Translations under genes and position numbers: made by a program
Shown here: positions 20,876-32,021 of the stretch, one piece after another
Numbering within the stretch: position 1 is the first letter of the stretch
Layout: the number at the start of each line of letters is the position of its first letter
Notes under the pieces: generated by a model
Database searches by the model: none
Seen by the model: the letters and a program-made list of their open reading frames with translations, nothing else
What the model was told of the DNA's origin: nothing
From: Candidatus Hydrogenedentota bacterium
GTDB lineage: Bacteria; Hydrogenedentota; Hydrogenedentia; Hydrogenedentales; SLHB01
NCBI GenBank assembly: GCA_963745075.1
Contig: CAVUWV010000030.1
Coordinates: forward strand, 30,647-94,646
Reading direction: 5' to 3'
DNA: 64,000 nt

Positions 20876-22228
20876 CTACTGGGTGACGTTTAGTTCGTCC
20901 TTCAATTTGAGCGCTACGGTCGATGAGATTGGGTCGGGCGCGTTCTTGGGAAGTTGGATGACGACGCCTTCGGGAGTCGAATCCGTTTCGAGGGCGGTGT
21001 CAGGTTCCGCGAGCAGGTACGCGTGGCCGACGGTGGACTTGAGTCCGGGGGCGAGCAGAACGTCCGTCGGAGGGCCAATCGAAGACGTGCAGGTACAGGG
21101 TGGCCCCGTCGTCGTCAATCTTCTTCGTGCAGCGGCCCCACGGGAGGTTGCTGAAGGGGCTGGCGGTGGTGCCGTAGATCGCCTCGCCGTTGACGTCCAT
21201 CCAGTCGCCGATCGCCTTGAGCCGGTCGATGGAGGGCTGGGGGATGAGGCCTTCCGAAGTCGGGCCGACGTTGAGCAGGTAGTTGCCGCCTTTCGAAGTG
21301 ATGTCGACCAGATTTCGGATGAGCGTCTCCGTGCTTTTCCAGTTGTCGTCGTAGCTCTTGTATCCCCAGGTATCGTTCATGGTCATGCAGACTTCCCAGT
21401 CACGACCTTCGATACCCGTATCGGGGATGTGCTGCTCGGGGGTATCCGTGTCGCCGTCGAAACCGCCGCCGAGACGGTTGTTGGTGATGATGCCGGGCTG
21501 GAGTTCGGTCAGCGGGAACAGTTTGGCCGCGCGCTCCGGGGTCATGTCGTAGGGCGTGTCCCACCAGAGAATGGCGAGAGGAGCCGTAGTTCGTCAGAAT
21601 CTCTTTCACCTGGGGCACGGCAACGTTCGTCGATGTAAGCGTCCATGTCGCCATCCTGTGCGGGGTCCCAGTGGCCGCCCTTGGCCGCGCCGCCGGGATT
21701 GTTCCAGTCCTGAGCCTGGGAATAGTAGAACCCGAGTTTCATGCCGTGTTTGTGGCAGGCGTCGGCGAGGGGTCTTAGTAGGTCCTTACCATAGGGAGTG
21801 GCGTCGACGACGTTCCAGTCGGAGGCCTTGGAATCGAAGAGCGCGAAGCCGTCGTGGTGTTTGGACGTGATGACGATGTACTTCATGCCGGCGTCCTGTG
21901 CCATCTGCACCCAGGCATCCGGGTCGTACTTCACGGGATTGAACTGCTTGGCGTATTCGCGGTATTCGCTCACGGGGATCTGGGCGTGATGCATGATCCA
22001 TTCGCCGATGCCGTCAATCCGTTCGCCCTTGTAGGTCCCCGCAGGCACGCTGTAGACGCCCCAGTGAATGAACATGCCGAATCGGGCTTCGCGCCACCAT
22101 TCCATGCGCGCGTCGCGCTGCGCCGGCGTCTCCTTGAGACCGAGTTCCTGGGCGCCGGCAAATTGGGCGAGTAACCCGAGGGTCAGGATGGTGGTTAATG
22201 CTAAGGCGACAGTTCGTTTGGTTTGCAT
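20876..22228 (-). CDS. Alpha-L-fucosidase (GH29), split by several single-base frameshifts
   Basis: Signal peptide; WWREARFGMFIHWG, TSKHHDGF, GIITNNR, WEVCMTMNDTWGY, GGNYLLNVGP, NGEAIYGT spread over ORFs 21542-22228, 21400-21654, 21000-21545 and 20876-21118. Confidence 0.9.
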
Positions 22229-22467
22229 GACTTCCCCTACTTCTCCCGCCCAGCGTGCGGGTCGTACTTGCGGACGTTAATGTACCATTCTGCCACTTGG
22301 GGCACGCCTGAGTCACGCGGATGACCAGGGCAACCGCAGCAAGATTGTTGGATCACGGAAGCGTGGCCGTCCGGGCTGCCGAAGACACAATGCGAAAACG
22401 ACGAAATGGGTCCCCACTGGGAGCGCCAGGCTCTGCTTGCCCCCACGTCTCCGTGGAGAAAGGTACG

Positions 22468-24178
22468 TCAGGACGTGATTTGGATGGCGCTCGGCTTCCG
22501 TTTTCGCACGGCAATGAATCCCGTTAGGCTCAACAGGAGGACGAGCCAGGGCAAACCACCGAGCGGCACATCGGGGACGTTCCGAGGGATCGTAGGGGTC
22601 GGTACCGAGCATGGCCTCGAACTTGTCGGGGTAGCCGTCGCCGTCGGAATCCAGATCGAGGAAGTTGGGTTTGCCGTCCAAATCGATGTCGGCCAGGCCT
22701 TCATAGCTGTCAAGAAGCGTATCGCCGTCGGAATCGGTGTCGGCGAAGTTGTAGATGCCGTCGTGGTCTTCGTCGCCGGAACCTTCGTCCTCGTTGAGGA
22801 TCCCATCGCCGTCGTTGTCGCCGGTGGCGGGGTTCCAGTCGTAGCGTGAGGCTACCGTCCCCATATGGTAACCGTCATTATCCCAGACATTATACGCGCC
22901 TATCCACGTACCTTGGCGGCTCGCGGCGTAACCCGTGGCAAAAACGCCCGCGGCGTAGTTGGCAAAGGGAGGCGTTATGTCGCTATGGTTTTCCCAAGTC
23001 GCGCCGCCGTCGTGAGAGGAGGCCGCAGCCATACGCCGAGTTGAGTGACTCTTAGCCCAATAGACCATCCAGTGCCCTCGTTTGTCGGTGGCGACCGCTG
23101 GATATTCATCTTGATCGAACAACGAGTTGGAACTTACGAGTCCCATGGAAGACCACGAACCGCCATAATTTGCCGAGTGGACAAATAGGATGTCGGGATC
23201 GCTATCGAAACCGAGGCCATGGTCTGCATCCGAGCCCCACACCAGCACGACATTTCCGTTGCCGTCAGCGGCTAGAGCGGGTTCCCGGTCAGTACGATCG
23301 TTGATAGAGGTGTGCGAGAGGGGCAGCGGAGTCGACCACTCAGTCCCGTTATTCGTCCCTCGGGCATAGAACAGGTCAAGATCGGTACCAATTGTATCGC
23401 CAAAGGTATTGTTCGAGGTCCACACCAGACACCATTTGCCATTCCCAGCGTATGCGATCGCGCTGGTGGTGCTGGCGCTGCTGGTGGTGGTGTAGGCGTC
23501 CGTGAGTAGCACAATCCGGGTACCCCACGAAGCGCCATTATCGGTCGATGCCGCGACGTGAAAACCGCCGTGACGGTTGGGGTAGGCCTCATTCACCATG
23601 AAGTACCAGCAAACGACCCAGTTACCCGAGGAATCCGTTGCGATTTGCGGTTGTAGCGCGAAGACGCTGCCGGTGGCGGCCTCACTGTTCACCTGGGCTC
23701 GGTTTGACCACGTTATACCGCCGTCCGTCGAACGCGTTGCAAAGATGTTCTGTCCGCTCCACGTGACAATCCAATCGCCATTTCCAAATTCGATGCTGGG
23801 AGAGTTTTCATGAAGACTGTCGGTGGTCATGTCAGCCAGGAGGAGCGCAGCCGGGGTCCACGTCTTTCCGTCATCGGTGGAACGGACGAAGTAAATATCG
23901 CCGTCGATTCCGCTCCCCAGCACATCCTCCGACGAATCGCACACGGCAATCCAGGTGCCGTTGCCATCCGTGGCGACGTTGACGCCAAAGATGCCTCCGT
24001 TTGGCGCGTCGAACTGGACCACGGGTGTTTCAAAGGCGAACTGGGCGAACGCCGTCGGTGCAAGCAGTGTTAAGGAGACAACAAGTAACGTGACGCACCG
24101 CAGTCGTTGGAAACCCCACGTTGGAGCCACGCTTTGCTCCGAAGGGCGAACGCTCTTGGAATGTGAATACGTGAACAT
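22468..24178 (-). CDS. Secreted Asp-box (BNR/sialidase-like) beta-propeller protein with Ca-binding DxDxDG repeats and a C-terminal anchor (frameshift near 22580)
   Basis: Signal ending TAFA; Asp boxes [51 protein letters not shown] repeats; the shifted frame gives [25 protein letters not shown]. Confidence 0.8.
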
Positions 24179-24415
24179 GCTTCGCACCCCCCAATCGATC
24201 GGATCCCCCATCATTTGTGCCGATCTAACGCAGTAATTATAGAGAACGCCATGCATTCTGGCAAGTTGCATAACTGTGGCATTTTGTGGGACGTTCGATT
24301 TTTGCCTAACCGCAATGATTTGAAACGGTAAGCCATCTCCGGGGAACGCGTGTCATAGGTGGGGTGAACGGAGTTTCATGCGACAGACGTGAGGGAATCG
24401 GGTAGCGGTTTTCGC

Positions 24416-25471
24416 TCAATACTCCGGAGCGGTTTCTTCGACGAGGGATTCGCGGATGCGGACGTAGGAGTCGTAGCGGGCTTTGGCGATGTGGTGCGCT
24501 TCGACGGCGGCTTTGACGGCGCAGTGGGGTTCGTGGATGTGGGTGCAATTGCGGAACCGGCAGTCGCTCGCGAGTACGGCAATCTCGTGGAAGAAGAAGT
24601 CGAGTTCCTCGGGGGACACGCCCCAGAGGCCGAGTTGTTTGACACCGGGCGTGTCGATGATGGTGGCGCCGTTGGCGAGGGTGTAGAGCTTGGAATAGGT
24701 CGTGGTGTGTCGGCCCTTCTGGGTGCTCTCGCTGATCTCCTGGGTGTCGATACTGATGGTAGGCTCAAGGGCGTTGATGATGGACGACTTCCCGACTCCG
24801 CTGTGTCCGGTGAGGACACTGACACGGCCCGCCAGTTCGCCGCTCAGCCGTTCGAATCCCATATCGAATGCACAACTCGTGTTGAACACTTCGAGTCCAA
24901 GATCGCGATAGGGTTGCACGCCGGCCGGTTCGCGGTCACCGAGGTCCATCTTGTTGACGACGAGAATCGGCGTGGCGCCGCCGGCTTGCGCCGCGACGAG
25001 GTAGCGGTCGATGAGGCCGGGATTGAACGCGGGCTTGGCCACGGATGCGACGATGATAACGCGGTCGATGTTTGCCGCGATGACCTGTTCGCCGTTGCGG
25101 CCCACGGCAGGACGGCTCAGTTTGGTGCGGCGCGGTCGTGCGGCACGAATGATCAGTTCTTCGCCGTCCTCTTCGACGAACACGTCGTCGCCGGGGGCGA
25201 GGACGGAGGTTTTCCCGTCCATGAGTGCGTCATCCACGCGACATATGTACTCGGTATCCGTGCGTAACACGAAGGCGAGGGCGCCGTAGGGCGTGATGAC
25301 GAGGGCGTTGGGTTCACAATCCGTGAAATACTCGCGCTCGACGGAGGGCAAACGGACCGCGCCGCGGTCTTCGCGGCGGGCGCGGGACTCGCGGGCGAGG
25401 GTGTCCGCGTCGCCGGGATCCCACTGACGGCGGCGGACGGGCTTACTCTTTTTGACGACTTTCTTGGACAT
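24416..25471 (-). CDS. rsgA: Ribosome small subunit-dependent GTPase A
   Basis: Circularly permuted GTPase NKMD...GHSGVGKSS...GRHTTT...DTPG; Zn finger CRFRNCTHIHEPHC. Confidence 0.96.
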   Translation of the reverse strand: MSKKVVKKSKPVRRRQWDPGDADTLARESRARREDRGAVRLPSVEREYFTDCEPNALVITPYGALAFVLRTDTEYICRVDDALMDGKTSVLAPGDDVFVEEDGEELIIRAARPRRTKLSRPAVGRNGEQVIAANIDRVIIVASVAKPAFNPGLIDRYLVAAQAGGATPILVVNKMDLGDREPAGVQPYRDLGLEVFNTSCAFDMGFERLSGELAGRVSVLTGHSGVGKSSIINALEPTISIDTQEISESTQKGRHTTTYSKLYTLANGATIIDTPGVKQLGLWGVSPEELDFFFHEIAVLASDCRFRNCTHIHEPHCAVKAAVEAHHIAKARYDSYVRIRESLVEETAPEY

Positions 25472-25581
25472 GATGTTCAGTTTGTTATCGGTCCGCTGTC
25501 AATTTGGTGAAAGACCGGTGGAACAGCGGGGACACGAGCGACGTTTCGATTCGTTGATTCCCCACTCCGGACTCCAGCCTT

Positions 25582-26332
25582 TCACCTCTCACCCCATATG
25601 ATAACAGATTCCCAAGCGATTGGGTTGGGTAATTTGCCGTGTTGCGCCACATCGGCGCGCAGCCGGGCCAGACCGGATTCGAATTCGTTGCCGGGAAGTA
25701 GCGCATAGGTGCTGATAAACCTGCCGGCGACTCGTTCGACGTATGCGGCATCGATGGGCACGGGCGCCGCGCGGCACACCTCGCTTTGAACGTGGTCAAA
25801 CCCTGCTGCCTGCATGGCCGCAACAATTTCCGGGACGTTCCTGGAAGCGGCCCGTGTCGACGCGGGCGAAACTGGGAAAGTAGGCGTTCATGGGATGCCT
25901 GCGAATGAACCCGTGGGTCGTCGTGATAAGAACGGCGCAACCTTTACCGAGCACGCGCGCGCATTCCTTCATGAGTTCGTCGAGGCGCGGCAAGTGGTGA
26001 AGCATGTAGACCGAGAAGATGAAGCCCACCGATTCATGGGCGAAGGGCAGAAACTCGGCGTCGCCTTGAACCCAATTGACGGGGAGTCGCTTCTTCTGGC
26101 CCTTCAATAGCATGCCGTGGGAACGTTCGAGAGCATAGAAAGTCTGGCATGGGTGGCGTTCGAGGAAGGCCTCGGTGTTGTTGCCGGTACCGGCGCCGAG
26201 TTCGAGGATGTGTTGCGCGTTATGTTCGCGGGCCAACGCGATGAGGCGCTCGATGTAGGGTCCACCGCCACGCCGGTGCTTGTCGTAGTCGTTGGCAAGT
26301 GTGTCGTAGTCGATGCGCATATGATAGTTCAT
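25582..26332 (-). CDS. Class I SAM-dependent methyltransferase (frameshift near 25830)
   Basis: ILELGAGTG, QGDAEFLPF, LHHL; continues in ORF 25582-25815 (ISTYALL...FESGLARL). Confidence 0.82.
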
Positions 26333-26422
26333 TCTAGCGTATCGGAAGAGTGGACTATTCTGGACCGATCAAGTCTTAATCATCTGTGCCACGCTCGGCA
26401 AGCGCGGCGGTACTGAACACGG

Positions 26423-28663
26423 TCACGCCTTTTTTTCGATCTGGGTGAAGTCTGCGGTCAGGGTAATGGCGTCGCGCACGTCGCGAACGAGGGCGTGGCG
26501 ATTCTGACGGACGCGGTCGTTTTGGTCGTTCACGAGGACGGCTTCGAAGTACGCGGCGATGATGGGTACCCACGTCAGGATCTCTTCGCAAGCCTTGTCA
26601 AACTCCTTCCTCTCGATGAAGGTGCGGACTTTGTCCGCGGAATCGGTGCGAATGAGATTGAGCGCTTTCTCGTTGTCGTCCAGGAGAGACTCGTCAACGG
26701 CGTCAGCGGGATCCTTGACGATGCGCTGCATGCGCTTGGTCTGTTCCGCGAGGTCCTGGAGTTGATGCTCTTCGAGTTTGCTGATGGCATCGAGGCAGCG
26801 GTGCAGTTGCACCGGACGTTTCCCGTGCACGGCGAGTGCGGCCGCGACCTGGTCGTAGACGTAGCCGTGATCGCGCAGCATGACGGCCATGCGGTCGCTG
26901 AAGAAGTCGAGGATGGTTTGCAGCGCCTTGTCCGGTGCGTGAACGATTTCGCCGTAGTTGGCCAGCGCCGCGCGCACGAACACTTCGAGGTCGATGTCGA
27001 GTTGATTCGCGTCGATGATGGAGAGTAAGGCGAGCGCGTTGCGGCGCAGTCCCATGGGATCGCTGGTGCCTTTGACCCGCTGGCCGATGCCGAAGTAGCC
27101 GGCAAGGGTGTCGAAGCGGTCGAGGATGCCGGCCACGGTGCCGAGATTGCATTGCGGCAAGGCGTCATCTGCGCGGCGGGGCAGACGATGCTCGAAAATG
27201 GCTCGGGCGATATCTTCGTCGATGCCCTCTTTGCGGGCGTAGAGCATGCCGACGACGCCCTCGAGGGAATCAAATTCAAAGACCATCTGCGTGGTGAGGT
27301 CGGCCTTCATCAGGGTGAGCACCTCCCCCATCTTCCGGTCGTCGACTTCGGGGAGGAACTGCTTGAGCGTGAAATAGAGATCGCGCAACCGCGTGACCTT
27401 ATCCGCTACGGAGCCGAGTTTCTGATGGAACATGACGGTATTCAGCTTCTCGGCGAAGGCCTTTAATGGGGTCTGGGTGTCCGTATCCCAGAAGTAACGG
27501 GCGTCGCGGAGGCGCGCGTTCAACACGCGCTCGTTTCCCGCGCGGATGATGTCGCGGCCCTCTTTGCTGAACTGGCCGTTTGCGACGCAGATGAACTTGT
27601 GGCTGAGCGAACCGTCGGCGGCGCGCAGCGGGATGTAGCGTTGATGGACTTTCATGGGCGTGATGATGATGTCCTCGGGAAGGACGAGGGCGTCTTCCGG
27701 GATCGCGCCGACGATGGGGTCCGGGTATTCGACGAGATCGGCAATTTCCTCGTAGAGGTCGTCGTCATCTTCGGCGACGAGTTTTTCCGATTTGGCTAAT
27801 TCGTGGACGCGATTGACGAGCATCTTCTTGCGATCCGAGTGGTCGGCGAGGACGTAGTGTTTCTCGAGCGTGTCGAGATAGTCACCGGTGGAATCGATGG
27901 TGATGGGTCCGGCGGCCAGACGACGATGACCGTAGGTGACGCGGCCGGAGTTGATGACGCGTTCGGCGCCGGTGTCGCCTTCGTCGCGAAGCTTGACGGA
28001 CGCGGGGACGACGGTCGATCCGTGCAAGGCGAGAAGCCAGCGGATGGGCCGGGAGAAGACGGTAGTCGTATTTTCCCAGCCCATGGTTTTTCCGAAATGA
28101 ATGCCGGCCAAGACGTCCTCGACCACTTCGCCCAAGAGCTTTGCGAGGTGCTTACCTTTCTGGTGTACTTTGACGAAGCAATACTCCGATTTGCCGTCGC
28201 TGCGGAATTCGATGTCGTCGACGGTGGCCCCTTGTCCTTCCGCGAAGCGTTGTGCAGCCATGGACCAATCGCCCTTGTCGTTCTGGGCGGCTTGGCGTTT
28301 GGGACCGCGGACTTCCTTGGTTGCGTCTTGTTGACGCGCAGGGACGTCGTCAATCAGGAAGGCGATGCGGCGGGGCGCGACGTAGGTTCGGATTTCGCCG
28401 TGCGTGAGACCGCGGGCCTCAAGGGCTTTGGCGACGAGCGCCGGCGTTTGGGATTGGACGGTCTGCACGTCGCGGTGTGGCAGTTCTTCCACGCCGATCT
28501 CGACGAGCAGCGTATCTTTGTCTTTGTAAGTCGGACGGGTCGGGGCGTTCCTGTTCGATGGCTTCGTACGTGACCGGGCTCGGATGGCGCAACATCGGGA
28601 AAGCCCATCTCCTCGCGTTGGGCGAGGAACCCTTTCGCGCACTGTTCGGCGAGGGCCCGGCAT
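26423..28663 (-). CDS. glyS: Glycine-tRNA ligase beta-subunit portion (similarity starts near 28520; probably the C-terminal part of a fused GlyQS)
   Basis: [51 protein letters not shown]; no start codon or RBS just before the beta N-terminal motif. Confidence 0.93.
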   Translation of the reverse strand: MPGPRRTVRERVPRPTRGDGLSRCCAIRARSRTKPSNRNAPTRPTYKDKDTLLVEIGVEELPHRDVQTVQSQTPALVAKALEARGLTHGEIRTYVAPRRIAFLIDDVPARQQDATKEVRGPKRQAAQNDKGDWSMAAQRFAEGQGATVDDIEFRSDGKSEYCFVKVHQKGKHLAKLLGEVVEDVLAGIHFGKTMGWENTTTVFSRPIRWLLALHGSTVVPASVKLRDEGDTGAERVINSGRVTYGHRRLAAGPITIDSTGDYLDTLEKHYVLADHSDRKKMLVNRVHELAKSEKLVAEDDDDLYEEIADLVEYPDPIVGAIPEDALVLPEDIIITPMKVHQRYIPLRAADGSLSHKFICVANGQFSKEGRDIIRAGNERVLNARLRDARYFWDTDTQTPLKAFAEKLNTVMFHQKLGSVADKVTRLRDLYFTLKQFLPEVDDRKMGEVLTLMKADLTTQMVFEFDSLEGVVGMLYARKEGIDEDIARAIFEHRLPRRADDALPQCNLGTVAGILDRFDTLAGYFGIGQRVKGTSDPMGLRRNALALLSIIDANQLDIDLEVFVRAALANYGEIVHAPDKALQTILDFFSDRMAVMLRDHGYVYDQVAAALAVHGKRPVQLHRCLDAISKLEEHQLQDLAEQTKRMQRIVKDPADAVDESLLDDNEKALNLIRTDSADKVRTFIERKEFDKACEEILTWVPIIAAYFEAVLVNDQNDRVRQNRHALVRDVRDAITLTADFTQIEKKA

Positions 28664-29454
28664 CGAAGCAGGAAGCGTCCGCGTTCGGACACCGAAAACG
28701 CGCCGCGCGCGTCGAGCAGGTTAAACAAGTGCGACAGCCGCAGGCAGTGGTCGTAAGCCGGGAGGATGAGGCCAAGTTCGAGAAGGCGCTGCCCCTCCCC
28801 TTCCCAGATGTCGAAGACCTGGAGCAGTTTCGACGTGTCCGCGACGTCAAAGTTGTACTTGCAGTACTCGACTTCCTGAGCGTGAAAGATGTCCCGGTAG
28901 GTGACACCGCCGGGTGACCATTGCAGATCGAAGATGTTCTCGACGCCTTGCAGGTACATGGCGATGCGTTCGATGCCGTAGGTGAGTTCGCAGGCGCGCA
29001 CGTCGAGCTTGAGCCCGCCGCATTCCTGGAAGTAGGTGAATTGGAGCACTTCCATACCGTCGAGCCACGCTTCCCAACCGAGACCCCAGGCACCGAGGGA
29101 CGGGCTTTGCCAGTTGTCCTCGACGAAACGGAAGTCGTGAAGTTTTAGATCGAGGCCAAGGGCTTCGAGGGATTCGAGGAACAGTTCCTGCACGTTTGGC
29201 GGCGATGGTTTCAGGATGACCTGGTACTGGTAGTAGTGCTGGAGGCGGTTCGGGTTTTCGCCGTACCGGCCGTCGGTCGGGCGTGTGCTCGGCTCCGTGT
29301 ACGCGACCCACCAGGGTTCCGGCCCCAACACGCGCAGGAACGTGGCCGGGTTGGACGTGCCCGCGCCCACTTCCGTGTGATACGGCGTCCACAAGAGACA
29401 GCCGCGGCTGCTCCAGAAGTTGTTGAGGGTCTGCAACACATCCTGCACGTACAT
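28354..29454 (-). CDS. glyQ: Glycine-tRNA ligase alpha-subunit portion (similarity ends near 28600)
   Basis: [85 protein letters not shown] before ATG 29454. Confidence 0.95.
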   Translation of the reverse strand: MYVQDVLQTLNNFWSSRGCLLWTPYHTEVGAGTSNPATFLRVLGPEPWWVAYTEPSTRPTDGRYGENPNRLQHYYQYQVILKPSPPNVQELFLESLEALGLDLKLHDFRFVEDNWQSPSLGAWGLGWEAWLDGMEVLQFTYFQECGGLKLDVRACELTYGIERIAMYLQGVENIFDLQWSPGGVTYRDIFHAQEVEYCKYNFDVADTSKLLQVFDIWEGEGQRLLELGLILPAYDHCLRLSHLFNLLDARGAFSVSERGRFLLRCRALAEQCAKGFLAQREEMGFPDVAPSEPGHVRSHRTGTPRPVRLTKTKIRCSSRSAWKNCHTATCRPSNPKRRRSSPKPLRPAVSRTAKSEPTSRPAASPS

Positions 29455-29618
29455 GATCGATTCGGTCCTTCTAACGTGGTCGTATCCCGGGAAAGTCCGC
29501 CGTGCCACCCGGCCCCGGCGCCGGCGAAGAAAGGGTTAATGCAAAGCGAGAATTGTACTTGCGAACGGGTGCGGGAGTCAAAGAATGGGCGGATGAATGG
29601 GTGGACGGAAAAGTGGGA

Positions 29619-29776
29619 AAGACCACAGCCGGGGGCGGCTGTGCCACACGTCTACCTCGTAAGACCATGTTCTTGTCCACCCGTTGCACGCTCAGTCTAT
29701 ATTCAGAGACTTCGACGGTTAGTTGTGAAAACCGAGTGTTCACCAAGCGAGTGTGGCACAGCCGCCCCCGGCTGTG
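29619..29776. repeat. REP doublet (REPIN/BIME-like), left of RAYT
   Basis: CACAGCCGGGGGCGGCTGTGCCAC at 29624-29647 and its reverse complement GTGGCACAGCCGCCCCCGGCTGTG at 29753-29776; GTGG tetranucleotide plus palindrome. Confidence 0.9.
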
Positions 29777-29865
29777 ATTTTTCCGCACTTCGTGAACATG
29801 CAGTCCCGGAGTAGCTCGCAGAACCCTCCTTAATCCCATGTGAGAAGTCACGTCAGAATCCCGAC

Positions 29866-30432
29866 ATGGAACATGAGAAGCCCGACAAACCGGACGTCCA
29901 TGGCAAACGCCGAAAGGCGAAGCCGAGCAAAGAGTTCTACCACCGAAACCTGCCACATATTCAGAAGTCAGGCCGTCCAATCTTTGTCACTTTCCGTACC
30001 TACCGGCGCATCATCTTGCCAGAGACTGTACGTACGCAAGTTCTACAGCATTGTTTGTACGACAACGGACGCCGAATCCACGTCTATTGTGCGGTCGTCA
30101 TGCCAGATCACGTCCATATGCTCTTCACCCTGCTCGAAGATGATGACGGAACGGCGTTCAGCTTGGAGGAGATTACAAACGGGATTAAGGGCGCTTCCGC
30201 TCACACGGTCAACCGTCAATTGAGGCGAAAAGGATGCCTATGGCAGGACGAATCCTTTGACCATGTTCTTCGATCCGACCAGAGCGTCGAGGCGAAATCA
30301 CAGTATATTTGCGATAACCCGATTCGAAAGGGTCTGGTTTCCGAGCAGGACGACTATCCCTGGCTTTGGCGAGAATGGGTTGAAGGCGAAGCGGATACTC
30401 AAAACGACTCGGCGCAAGAAGAACGAGACTAA
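29866..30432 (+). mobile_element. REP-associated tyrosine transposase (RAYT/TnpA-REP, Y1 HUH)
   Basis: RNLPH, FVTFRT, HUH motif VMPDHVHML, LWQDESFDH, YICDNP; flanked on both sides by REP doublets. Confidence 0.92.
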
Positions 30433-30436
30433 AGAC

Positions 30437-30594
30437 CACAGCCGGGGGCGGCTGTGCCACACTCGCTTGGAAAGTACTTGATTCTTGGGTCCAACCGTCG
30501 ACATCACTGAGATCGACAGCGGCTTCGCCGGGTTGGGAGGGGAATTTGTCTTGTGCGGTAGACGTGTGGCACAGCCGGCCCCGGCTGTGGTCTT
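30437..30594. repeat. REP doublet, right of RAYT
   Basis: REP copies at 30437-30460 and 30566-30589 (one mismatch); inverted copy of the left doublet. Confidence 0.9.
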
Positions 30595-30725
30595 CTTACT
30601 TGAGCTAAGTCCTCGCCATATGGCATTCAAGCCCAAAATTCCCCTATAGTGCTTCAGAGCTTGGAGAATGCGGAATGGAGGCGCACCTTGATGCGTCTCA
30701 CATAAGCCAACGGGGAGTTTTTGCG

Positions 30726-31946
30726 ATGAAGTTCTATCGTGTACTGACATTGGGCGTGCTGTGTCTGGCTTTGGCGTTCGTGTGCCTTTCTGCGAAAGCA
30801 GAGCCTAAGCACGTTTACCTGACCTATTCGGATGCGCCGGAAACGACGATTGACATCAACGTGATGCTGGACGAGAAGGAAGGCGATACGGTGGATGTGT
30901 ATTACGACACGAAGCCGCATGGCGGGGAACTCGATGCGTACGCGCAGCATGTGACCGCCGAGTACGTTCAGACGGTGATGCAAATCAGCGACGACCGCGT
31001 CGTGTATGTGGCGACGCTGACGGGGCTGGAACCGGGAACCGAGTATTACTTCGTTGCGGGCGAGACGAAAGAATATGGCATGTCGAAGGAGCGCAAGTTC
31101 CGGACCTTGCCCGGAGGCGACAAGCCGTTCCGCTTTGTGACCGGCGGCGACATGGGCGTCGACGGCTTTGCGATCGCGCTGCTCGAGATCGTGAGCGAGA
31201 CGGAACCGGACTTTGGCGTCGTTGGTGGCGATATACCGTACGCGAACGGGCGGCTGGCTGACCGCTTCTTGTGGGACAAGTGGCTGGACAACTGGGACCG
31301 GCTGACGACGACGGAGGACGACCGGATGATTCCGATCGTGGCCGCCATCGGAAACCATGAGACGAACGACTATGATTCGCCAAACCAGGACTTGCGGGCG
31401 CCGTGGTACATGAGCATTTTCGGTCGTCAGGGCGAGAACGTGTATTACTCGCGGCAGTTCGGCGATAACATGGTGTTGTTCGCGCTGGATTCGGGTCATC
31501 TGGTGAGCCATGAGGCACAAGCGCCCTGGCTCGACAAGGAGATGGCAAAGTACCAGGACGTAAGGTACAAGTTCGCGGTGTACCACGTGCCGCTGTATCC
31601 CGCTCACCGCCCCTATGAGGGCGGCGGTTCGGTTGCCGGTCGCGAGTATTGGCTGCCCATCTTCGACAAGTACGGGCTGACCGTGGGGATGGAGAATCAC
31701 GATCACGTGTTCAAACGCACGAAGCCATTGAAGGGAAACAAGGTTGTTGAGCAGGGTACGGTGTTTATCGGCGACGGCTGTTTCGGCCGCGAGCCGCGCG
31801 AGGTGGATGCCGAGTTACGCTGGTACAACGTGAAGCAGTTGTCGAAGGCGCATTTCTGGGTGGTCGACGTGGCCGATTCGGGGCTGAAGCTGAAGGCAAT
31901 CGATGCCGAGGGGATTGAGATTGACGCGTTCGAGTTGCCGGGGTAA
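30726..31946 (+). CDS. Secreted purple-acid-phosphatase-like metallophosphoesterase with N-terminal FN3
   Basis: Signal peptide; LTGLEPGTEYY; GGDMG, GGDIPY, IGNHE, YHVP, NHDH motifs. Confidence 0.88.
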   Translation: MKFYRVLTLGVLCLALAFVCLSAKAEPKHVYLTYSDAPETTIDINVMLDEKEGDTVDVYYDTKPHGGELDAYAQHVTAEYVQTVMQISDDRVVYVATLTGLEPGTEYYFVAGETKEYGMSKERKFRTLPGGDKPFRFVTGGDMGVDGFAIALLEIVSETEPDFGVVGGDIPYANGRLADRFLWDKWLDNWDRLTTTEDDRMIPIVAAIGNHETNDYDSPNQDLRAPWYMSIFGRQGENVYYSRQFGDNMVLFALDSGHLVSHEAQAPWLDKEMAKYQDVRYKFAVYHVPLYPAHRPYEGGGSVAGREYWLPIFDKYGLTVGMENHDHVFKRTKPLKGNKVVEQGTVFIGDGCFGREPREVDAELRWYNVKQLSKAHFWVVDVADSGLKLKAIDAEGIEIDAFELPG

Positions 31947-31971
31947 GTTGCCAATTTAGCGTTGCGGTGGT

Positions 31972-32006
31972 CAAAGTAGACGCGGCTTCCAGCCGCGTCT
32001 ACTTTG
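31972..32006. repeat. Perfect 16-bp hairpin containing a GTAG-type REP-like unit
   Basis: CAAAGTAGACGCGGCT-TCC-AGCCGCGTCTACTTTG, immediately before the RBS of the next gene. Confidence 0.7.
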
Positions 32007-32021
32007 GGAAGGAGTAATCTC

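Noticed and set aside
22418..22445. CTGGGAGCGCCAGGCTCTGCTTG, a possible degenerate REP
   Set aside because: Single, poorly palindromic copy in the window
28520..28605. Programmed ribosomal frameshift between glyQ and glyS
   Set aside because: No canonical slippery heptamer, and similar indels throughout the window point to sequencing error
29619..30594. CRISPR-like repeats
   Set aside because: Repeats alternate in orientation with 105-nt spacers and flank an HUH transposase; no cas genes
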